Below, in pieces: positions 53,912 to 64,000 of a DNA stretch of 64,000 bases. The stretch's first letter is position 1. Each line of letters begins with the position of its first letter. The translations under genes and the position numbers were made by a program. The DNA is taken from assembly GCA_951406725.2 (NCBI GenBank), contig OX597827.1, positions 82,150,001 to 82,214,000 of the forward strand, in the 5' to 3' direction. The DNA is from Octopus vulgaris. Its lineage: Eukaryota. A model generated the notes under the pieces. That model worked only from the letters and a program-made list of their open reading frames with translations. It was not told the origin of the DNA and searched no databases.

Positions 53912-53929
53912 GATTTTGTTCATTCCTGA
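53912..53929 (+). CDS. Candidate terminal coding exon B (DFVHS*) followed by ~1.1-kb 3'UTR
   Basis: Very strong acceptor (T)15gtttatttccag|GAT; phase 0 reads GAT TTT GTT CAT TCC TGA. Downstream sequence is largely free of interspersed repeats up to AATAAA 54983. Confidence 0.5.
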   Translation, partial: DFVHS

Positions 53930-54161
53930 GATGTCAACTGTGCTGCCACCTGGTGAGAGAAATCAATAACTATAACAGTAACGACATCAGCAAGACGAAA
54001 ACCACTACAGCAACAACAGCAACAACAGCAACAACAGCAACAACAGCAGCAATAACAACAACATAAACCACACTGGCCAGATGTGATCTAACTAGATTCA
54101 GTTGATTGCGGACGGAGTTGACTCAGACATTATTGCTGTGTCACATGAGACATATACCAAG

Positions 54162-54194
<33 letters not shown>

Positions 54195-54241
54195 CACAGA
54201 CACAGACACAGACACACACTGATCACTAACTGCTAGACCAT

Positions 54242-54272
<31 letters not shown>

Positions 54273-54654
54273 TACAGACACATGCACATAACACACACCC
54301 ACTCTCTTACACATACAATTAAATATCAATTACAACAACAACATCAACAATAACTATACATAAAAAGCTATTTTCAAACAGAAGTTTTGCAGTGAAGTTG
54401 ATATTTCATTGTTGAGTTGAAAAACTTGTCTAAGCCGACGTTGGATTGGAAAGTTGTAAAAAAAACTGTCATATATTGTTCAAGCTTAGTACAGAATATT
54501 GTGACACACAGACACACAGACATGCAATGTGACTAACAGTCCCATGTTAGTGGAAAAACTTACCTAAGCTTTGAACAATACCTTCTTATGTTTTGCCAGT
54601 GGAACAACCAGCTTCAGCTTGAGATTGAACCTTGTAACATAATATTCCACATCA

Positions 54655-54946
54655 GTGGAAGAACTTGTTTAAGCTTAGAACAAACTTGTAAAAAAAATTT
54701 CCCGTTAATGGAAAAACTTGTTTTAAGCTTGGAACTGTATCTTATAATGTACAGACCCATATAAGCTGAAGAACTTGTCTAAGTCCAGAACTGTATCATA
54801 ATGTATACAGACTCCTGACAGTTGAAGAACCTTGTCTAAACCATGACTGTACCATAATGTATATAGTCCCATTTCAGTCGAAGAACTTGTCTAAGGCCAG
54901 GCTTGTATCATAATGTATACAGGGCCTTGCCAGTTGAAAAACTTGA
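54655..54946. repeat. ~56-bp diverged tandem repeat (gaagaacttgtctaag..ctgtatcataatgtatacag), ~5 copies
   Basis: Unit starts near 54711, 54768, 54824, 54880 and 54936; looser copies extend back to ~54420. Confidence 0.85.
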
Positions 54947-54982
54947 AATTACATATCAATGTCCATGTTTTTAATTTGTGAA

Positions 54983-54988
54983 AATAAA
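54983..54988 (+). terminator. Candidate polyadenylation signal of the protocadherin
   Basis: AATAAA followed by GT/T-rich ggtgtgtgtttcttt, ~1.05 kb after the exon B stop. Confidence 0.4.
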
Positions 54989-55210
54989 GGTGTGTGTTTC
55001 TTTAATTATATTGTCGAAGTTATTTTAGGTGACCAACGAGGTCACTGCTGTGGAATGAGCTTGAACCTGGGAACTAGGGACAATGAAATTGATAAATTCA
55101 TGAACCTAGAGAGTAATTAGACAGGCTGTGACTTTAGTATGGAGTCTCTCTATCCAAATGGGTTGCTATATAAGTGTGCAGGTGAATGTGTGTGTATATA
55201 CATACATACA

Positions 55211-55245
<35 letters not shown>

Positions 55246-57658
55246 GTGTGTATATATATTTATACATGCATATACATTTATATTTATATATATATAACAA
55301 TGTATGTGTGTTTGCACATATGTCAGCAGAAGTAATCAGAGAAGATACCAAGATACGATTGGAAAGTCACAGATCAAGGTTTGACCCCCCAAAACATCTA
55401 TTTTTAAATAGGATACATTTTCATCCATCCATTGCTGTGTGCAGAAAGATATCATGGTTAGATAATGAGCACATCACATAAGGTAGTGACATTTTTTAAG
55501 TTCCATGGGGAAAAAAAAAAGCAGGGGAAGCGACTCTTGTTCATTCCCCTGTCTGCTTCCACCATTATACAGGAAAGATGCTGGTACTTTGCAAGACATT
55601 GCTGCTGGGCCAAACTAGAGTCAGCAACAACCGATCATTGGTAATTTCTCAATAACTATTAAAGACAGTGTCTGTAAGAATACACAAATTCAGATCTTTC
55701 GGTACAAAATTGCAAAATACTCTAATAGAACATTATCATTATTGAGAGACAGTCATTGCTTTTTCTGGAGCAATTATTGTTGAGATATATTTTATAAACA
55801 ATCAATTCTTGATGCACTGCAAACCAATCATATATTGATGTGATTTCAAACATTTTTGTTTATATTTTGTCTTGCTGCTCCTCATCATCAAAAGTTACAA
55901 CAAATGGGAACATGACACTCAGACTTACAAACCAAGAAACTTCAGCATCTAATAAGATATATAGACTACTTTATCTCCTGAATAGTTTATGTTTGTTAGT
56001 GTGAGGGCCCATGGTTTAGTAATTCAGGTATTCAGCTCACTGTCAGAAAGTCATGAGTTGAATTCCTGGTGGTGTGTTGTGGCCTTGAGTAAGTCACTTT
56101 TATTTTATGTTACTCCATGCTGAATCTCTCTGAGAACTACATTAAGGGTACGCATGTCTGTGGTGTGCTCAGCCACTTGCATGTTAATTTCATGAGCAGG
56201 CTGTTCCATTGATTGGATCAACTGGGATTTTCATCATCATAACCGACGGAGCACCAGTTGTTTGTTTGTAAGCACAAAATTTCATCAAGAGAGAGAGAAA
56301 GGAAGAGGAGCAAGATCGTATCTACAAAAGCAACTAATGACCAATTTCTTTAGAATGGTCAACAGAGACTTTAATAAAGAAGGAAGAGAGGAATGACAGA
56401 TTTTAATTTATAACAGGAAATGGAAGTAGAAATGGTAGAATATGGGTAGAATGCAGGTTTGGAAAAGCAGAATGTATGTTTGGTGATGGAATTTAAAACA
56501 AGGACTCCATAGAATCACATTTGAATTTAGGGGTACCAGCATGAAACCTCACAACTTGCCCCCGTTTTCAGATGCAACCCTTTTAAGATATTATTGTTTT
56601 GTTCCTTTTCTATATTTGGGAAGAAGTGCTTCTTCAGATAGTTCGAACTCCAAGAGGGGTTCATAGGACCAGTTCCTGTTTCACTGCCGTAGAGAAGGAA
56701 TAAATGAGAAGACATATGAAGGAATTGGTAAAAATCAAAAGTTGGAGGTTTGTATTTCATTGCCCAATGTTATTGTAGCAGCAGCTTCTGAGAGACAAAG
56801 AGTGCCAGAGGCATCAGTTGTTGAATAAAGGATGGTTCAGTGGTTAGGGTTAGGGATTTTTGCTTTTATCTTGTATTTGTTTTAATCCTTAGACCGTGGC
56901 CATGCTGGAGCACTGCCTTGAAGAACTTTTAGGCAAATAGATTGACCTCAGGACTCGTTTATTGTTTATTTCTTTAAGCCTGGTACTTATTCTATTAGTC
57001 TCTTTTGCTGAACCACTAAGTAACAAGGATGTAAACAAACCAACACTGGTTGTCAAGCAGTGGTGGTGGAAAACAAAGACACACACACAAACACACATGC
57101 ACACACACAAACACACTCATGCACACACACACACACACACACGTACACATACACATATGTTGGACCATATTTCCTGTTGTCTTCTATGTTCCATTGGTGA
57201 CACAGTTCTGGGTTTGCTGGCTTCCAGTGTATTGAGTGCTTCTGTGGATTAAAGAATTGATTCCATAACACAGCAGTGGGGCTTCTGAGTGGTTCAGTTG
57301 ACCTGCTAGATATAGCAACTTAATCTCAAGTTACACCAAAATAGAAAGGCACAATGGACAATGTTGTTTCCTAAACAAAAAACAGGGAAATTGAATGGTT
57401 ATAGCAGCTGTCAGCCTTGGTTTGCTTGATCAGATCTCACCTAGGGTTAAATGACAATAACAACAACAACAACTGATGGAAAATATTTTCGCTTCCTCAG
57501 TTTCGTCAACTCCTGAAGTCAGAAGAGATGACGTAGCTGACCACCACCACCACCACTGATCCAGACTGAAAGGGGGTGACATAGATAGATATCTGGGATA
57601 ATTGTAATATGGTTAAAGCGTATAACCAGAAAGCATGGGCGAAAGAGAGAGAGAGAGA

Positions 57659-57718
<60 letters not shown>

Positions 57719-59353
57719 TGATGGGTGTCGACTTTGCAATGAAGGTGATGGGGCTGGTGGGGAATGTCTACTCAAAGTGGTCCCTACCTCCTTTCCGCTA
57801 ACAATTTGTAAACTAAAGTAACCGAATAATAAGGGATGGTTCAATGATTCTTTGGAATTAATTAGGTGGGTCTGATTAAGTTAGTTTCCTAATTAGTATT
57901 GATGGTGGAACCAGTGGCAGTAAAGTCTCTTGGGTTATTTAAGAGAAAGAAGAATTTCAGGAGAAAACTGATATTTCAGTTTAAAGATTTTGGGGTGAAG
58001 CAGAGAGAAGTAGATTCTTGTTGTGTATGAATGAGGAGGGTCTTGTTGTTGTTGATGATGATGATGATACTGATGTTGTTAATGCCGATGATAATGTTTG
58101 TGGTGATGATGATGATGATGTTGTTTAGACTCAGAACAGGAAAGATAGGATAAAGTTCTTTCCGGAGTCATATAAACTCATAAGGCTGGTTCCCCAGCTT
58201 CCATAGTGGATGTATTGCTCCTGGACAGGATGCCAGTCCATTGCAGGATTAACTCACTTTTGCCAACTGAGTGGACTGGAGCAATGTGAACCATGATTCC
58301 AAAACCCCAACCACTAAGCCATGTGCCTCCACATTTACTCCTAGCATGGTTACCTTGGACTACATAATCCAATGTCTCTTCCGATTTTTAAGATATTAAG
58401 GTATAATTTGAGGGAAAGTTGTCTGCAATTTCATTTGTACAGAAGGAGACAAGTGAAGGTTTTAAGGTTTTCCAGGCAGACATGTAAAAATATCTACAAA
58501 AACACAGACAGCCATGTGAAACTGTTTCTAGAGGTAGAAACACTTGCAAAACAGTGTAGAAAGGTGTTTTCAGATGTAGGTAGCAGTGTCAGGATGTTTA
58601 CAGATGTATGAACAGGTTTAAAGATGGTTAAAGATGATTAAAAATGGTTAACGATATTTACAGGTGTAGATGAGAAGCAGATGAGAACAGTTGTTAACAG
58701 AGGTCGGAAGCTGTGTCAAGATGTTTACAAATTAAAAACACCTATAGAAAAGATGTCTGCACATGTAGACACATAAAGATGGGTTGGTGTTTAGCTCAAT
58801 GTCAACCTTGGCTGAACGGAACATATGATCAAAGATAATCCACCTGTGACCACCACATCATCTTACAGCTATCTTGAACAACTGTACTATCCAGTATCTT
58901 TTTCTTTTCTTTTTTCTTTATCAAAAGTGTGATTTGAAGGAGATGTGATGGTACCAGGTGAAAAACATTGGTGATAGTGCCACGTAAAAAGCACGAGTGC
59001 TGGTGTTGCATGAAAAGCACCCAGCACACACTGTAAAGTGGTCGGCATTAGGAAGGGCACCCAGCTGTAGATACCATGCCAAAACAGACTATGGAACCTG
59101 ATGTGGTTCTTGGCCTTGCCAGCTTCTGTCAAACCATTCAACCCATGCCAGCATGGAAAACAGACATTCAATGAAGACGATGTGACTGCTATTTCTAACA
59201 GACTGAACGACCACTTAGAGGAAGCATGTATGTGATATGAAGAAATCTATGATGCTGCATTAGTAGAAGAAGACAGTGAATCATGGTTTATGAGAAGAGC
59301 CTTCAGAGTATAAAATGGTGGCAGAACAGAGAGTCTGTGAGAAGATCTAGGAA

Positions 59354-59385
<32 letters not shown>

Positions 59386-60269
59386 GGAGCGAGAGAGAGA
59401 GGTGTGAGTGTGTGTAGAGCAGTAAAACATGGATGATGCTTTAAGAGGAGCTGGTGGGGTGTCAGAAGAGGATCTAATAAAGTTGGACAAGATTTATGGA
59501 ATGGTTCATATGAAATTGAAACAATTTGCTCGACATAAGTATGCTGGTATACACACACACACACACACATTCACACACACACACATACTTGCTGTGGTAT
59601 GTATGTGGATATGAGTGTATATGCATACATATACACTCATATCCACACACACATATATACACACATCTATATATATATATATCAACACACTCACGTGCAT
59701 ATATAATGTATTGCTAATATTACTAATAAATGTTTACTCTTGTTATTTAACACTGTCCTGAGTCCCATATTTAAGTTTCAAGTTAATAACTAGCCTCTGG
59801 AATATACTATGATATAGTACGTACATAGAGATAAATGCACACACATACACACATATGCATACACACATACATATGTGCATGCACCTCCCCCCCACCACAC
59901 ACACACACACACACACACAGTAGTGGATGCAGCTCCATGCTGTGGCCACATTAGACAAAGTTTGGCCGCTGCAGATACAGAGCAGACCCAGCGTGGAAAA
60001 CTAAGTAAGGAAAGAGTGTAGCTATTAATTTAAAGGGCAGAACTCGTCAGAGTCACATTGGGAAAAGTATCTGTGGAATACTCAACCACTAAAGTAAAAT
60101 CTGAGTGTGTCAATAGTTCTGTCTTTACAGTGAGAATTATCATTTGGAGAAACTGAGATGTGTATGTGTGTGTGTGTTTGGGGGGGGGGGCAAATGTTTG
60201 TACTATTGCCTTGGGCTGACCAAAGGCTTGTGAGTGGATTTGGAAGATGAAAACTGAAAGAAGCCAATA

Positions 60270-60659
60270 TATATATATATAAAGCTGAAGTTGTCTGTGT
60301 ATGGCAGGTTTGGTAGCCTTCAACTAACACTATCTCCTCCGAGACCCTGCAGCACAAGTTGACCAAAATTGAGAGTATGATAGAAGAAGGCTTGCTCTTC
60401 ATTCCGTAGAAGATAAAATTCAAATCGGACCATGTTAAGACCAAAAATTATTTACATCAAAAAGGTGCTTTTTTTCTATGAAAATCCCTATTTTTTATGA
60501 TTTTTTTACTGCTGTGTTGCCATTTTTTGGTGTATTTCAACCAGAAAAATGTTCACTTAAAGAGAATAACAAGCTACATAATGAAAACTTTTTACTTTTC
60601 AAAAATACCAATTCTAAAGGGTCGAAACAAACCCGAGGAACGCCAGGCGATACTGCTAG
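60270..60659 (+). mobile_element. Non-autonomous Helitron-like element
   Basis: Starts in a TA run (atataaagctgaagttgtctgtg) and ends with an imperfect GC hairpin cccgaggaacgccagg, then CTAG|T at 60656-60660. Confidence 0.6.
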
Positions 60660-60663
60660 TATG

Positions 60664-60697
<34 letters not shown>

Positions 60698-60969
60698 TAT
60701 ATCTATATAGGAGACAAGTATGTTGATAAAAAAAATATTAAATACACAGAAAGGAAATGATATCAGGAATTAAGGGGATTGAGTAGGAGTTTTACGAGTC
60801 AAACGGCTGTTTCTGCGGGCCTTATATATATATATATATATGGCAACAGGTGGGGGTTGGCGTCAGGAAGGGCATCCGGCTGTAGAAAACTTGCCACACA
60901 CATAGCACTGCGTATATGTGCATATATATATATATATATATATAAGAGGAACACAAATAGGGTTTAAAC

Positions 60970-61050
60970 TTTACTACAGCTGTTTGGGTAGCATTTTATT
61001 GATGCATTCATAAATTACATCATAGCATGAATCCACCATCTTCAGGTAAA
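60970..61050 (-). ncRNA. Hammerhead-like motif within an inverted-repeat element (~60942-61205)
   Basis: Minus strand: UUUAC-CUGAAGA-U-GGUGG...CUACC-CAAAC-AGCU-GUA-GUAAA (G12C). 60942-60985 has a diverged inverted copy at ~61161-61205. Confidence 0.5.
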
Positions 61051-61241
61051 ATTTTCAACAGGTATAAATAGGTGATGTAAAACTTTGATGATGACCTATC
61101 CAATAAACAACATGGTGTAGTTATTCATGTAATCTATGAAACCATCAAGGAAATTCTACAAAAATAGCTGCAGTAAATGTTGAACCCCATTTCTGTTCTT
61201 TTTATATCCAGGCCACACCTTGAACCAACTCTGGGTCGGAT

Positions 61242-61464
61242 TCAACCCTTTCGTACTGTATTTATTTTGAGATGCTCTCTGTTTCTTTCATTTACTTTGA
61301 ATATAACAAAGAATTTAGTAAAATAACTTAGTTATCATTCAGCTAGTGTTAAGAACATAAATTGTGACTAAGGTCTGGTGGAAGGTTTTAATTCAAAACT
61401 TATGCAAACAAGACATATTCAGAGCCAGAACTGGTTTCAGCCACATTGGTAATGAAAGGGTTAA
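61242..61464. mobile_element. Second TTAA-MITE family
   Basis: tcaa|ccctttcgtac ... gtaatgaaaggg|ttaa terminal inverted repeats. Confidence 0.65.
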
Positions 61465-61961
61465 GCTTAATTGGATTTGGTGCTTACATATCAACATACC
61501 TGCAGAATCCTACCAACACATGACACCTTCGTGATTGCTTTTTTTAATTCACATTGAATCCTACGTTAGTGCACCTAGATACTTCTGGAGTTCTTCATGT
61601 TGATGTGCATAGATTATAACAAATCCTATAACTAATCTATTTACACACACACACACACAAACTAACACATACATATATCTATATGTATATATGTATGTTA
61701 TATGAGCGGGCATTGTCTTTTGCCTTTCTTAATTAAAATTATCATAATGCAAGCGAACATTTCCCCTAATAACATTGTTTTACTTCACTACTTTGTGTAT
61801 GTGAGCATCAACTCTGCTGTTTGGTTTTCATGCAGAAGACATGCCTGGGTAACATCCTCAACTTAATGCACTCAACTTCATATACAATGGTCGACATATT
61901 CATGTGTTGTGTGTGTTTATAAACATGTATAAGATAGGCCCTCCCCTCCCTCAATCACCCC

Positions 61962-62004
<43 letters not shown>

Positions 62005-63354
62005 CACACACATCAGCAGGTAGATTTTGATATTTGTATTTATATGTATACAAACATACACATGTACACACACACAAACACACACCCATATATATATATA
62101 TACCAATACACTTGTATATACATGCATATATATCTATACATATGTATGTCTACATATCCCGTCTACACATACACAAAGATATATATATGCATATATTTAT
62201 ATATAAGTATATATATACACACACACACATATATGTAATTATATACACATGTATGTATATATGTGTATATATACATACACACATATATATATACGTACAG
62301 ACATATAAACATATACATATAATTATGTGTATGTGAGTGTGTATGTATGTAGATAGACAGACAGACAGATAGGTTTACTGGAATAGAGTATAGTATTCCT
62401 CACATGATGCATACATAACCATCACACACATATACTTGTAACTATACACATACATACATACACATAAGAATACATATACATACATGCATGCGTAAAGGCA
62501 CGCATATACATGTCAATATCCTTCTATGCATACACTCACACTGTTGCTAAGCTGATTAGAACACAGATCCAATTTGTACTTACATGCTTTGTTTTGCATC
62601 ATGGGCAGGGTGTGCATGCATGCATGTGGGTGAATGTGTGTGCATGTCTGTATGCGTCTGAGTATAAATTTGTCTTCTCCATTTGCCTATCTCTGTCTGT
62701 CTGTCTTTCTATTTATCTCTCTATCCACCTATTTACATCAATATTTTGTACAAACATACGCACTCACACACATATATATATGTATATATATATATATACA
62801 TATATATATGCATATGCTTGTATATGGATTTTTATGTGTGTGTCTGTATATTTAACTAGCTGTCTCCTTATCTACCAATCTACCTCTCCATCTGTCTACC
62901 TGTCTATCAAACCTACATCAAGTATTACACAGAACACAAACTTTATCTTCTTCATTTAAGCTTTATCTCCTGTACATCATGATGTTATATTCTAGATATA
63001 TCGGTGTGTGTGTGTGTGTGTGTAACATATATATAAACATACATATACATATACAAATACATATACATACATATATATACACATATATATACATAAATAT
63101 GTATGTATATATATACATACATATATATATACACATATTCATACACATATATACATATATAAATATACATATATACATTCACATATATAAATACACTTAT
63201 ATACATATATACATACACATATATAAATACACTCATATACATATACATATAAATATACATATATGTATACATATACATATAAATATATGTATATTTATAC
63301 ATATAAATATACATATATGTATACATATACATATAAATATACATATATGTATAC

Positions 63355-63406
<52 letters not shown>

Positions 63407-63538
63407 CCAGTGAAGTTACATAAAGTAGCTGGGCAGCTTGAAGGGTGCCAGAAACAGAGGTGAACATGTGTATGTGTGTGAATGTGTGCGAATGCACTTG
63501 CATGTATATATGTATAATAGTGTTATACATGTGTGTTA

Positions 63539-64000
63539 TACATACTCGACAGAGTGTAAGTACCTTGAGAGAAATGTTGGACCTAAGAAGCATCAGATGT
63601 GGTGTGCAACAGAGACGACTGCACTGGTATGGTCATGTGGTGAGAATGGATGAGGACATCTGTGTGAAAGAGTGCCACACCCTAGCAGTTGAGGGAACCT
63701 GTGGAAGAGGTAGACCCAGGAAGACCTGGGTTGAAGTGGTGAAGCACGATCTTTGAACTTTAGGCCTCACCAAGGAAATGATTAGTGACCGAGACTTTTG
63801 GAAATATGCCGTATGTGAGAAGACCCAGCAAGCCAAATGAGACTATAATCTTGTGACCTATGCCAGGGCGTTACCAGCCCACTTGCGAAGACCTGTTGAG
63901 GCAAGTGAAATCAAAATCAAAATCAAATTCGATGACTGGCGTCCGTGTTAGCAGGGTGCAAGGAGCACCATACGAGCGTGATCATTGACAGAGTGGCTAA
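63539..64000 (+). mobile_element. RTE-clade LINE fragment running off the window end
   Basis: HTRQSVSTLREMLDLRSIRCGVQQRRLHWYGHVVRMDEDICVKECHTLAVEGTCGRGRPRKTW. Confidence 0.9.

Noticed and set aside
56842-56856. Interstitial telomere (TTAGGG)
   Set aside because: Only two units; expected by chance.
57496-57536. Further Pcdh exon after cttcctcag (FRQLLKSEEMT*)
   Set aside because: It lies beyond the predicted poly(A) site and has no other support.

Overview
AT-rich, microsatellite-dense animal genomic DNA. The protocadherin and the repeat families suggest a coleoid cephalopod, most likely Octopus (inference). There is one host gene, a + strand protocadherin. Its ~2.46-kb exon (35320-37777, ATG 35387) encodes a signal peptide, six cadherin repeats, a TM helix and the proximal tail, and ends at a phase-0 donor. 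Reading the downstream introns gives a phase-0 exon at 45176 with two alternative donors and two candidate alternative terminal exons (49309-49416 and 53912-53929 plus 3'UTR). The rest is repeats: RTE-clade LINE fragments, many sitting in (TA)n tracts; a CR1-type LINE; three tRNA-SINE families; Tc1/mariner relics (including DD37D and DD36E spacings); Helitron-like and TTAA-type MITEs. The most unusual signal is about ten minimal type I hammerhead-ribozyme-like motifs from several unrelated short repeat families with Penelope-style inverted duplications. One family has a tRNA (Pol III A/B-box) head, making it a candidate ribozyme-bearing SINE or retrozyme. Nearly all short ORFs in the track are microsatellite artefacts. 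Repeat boundaries were read by eye and are approximate.
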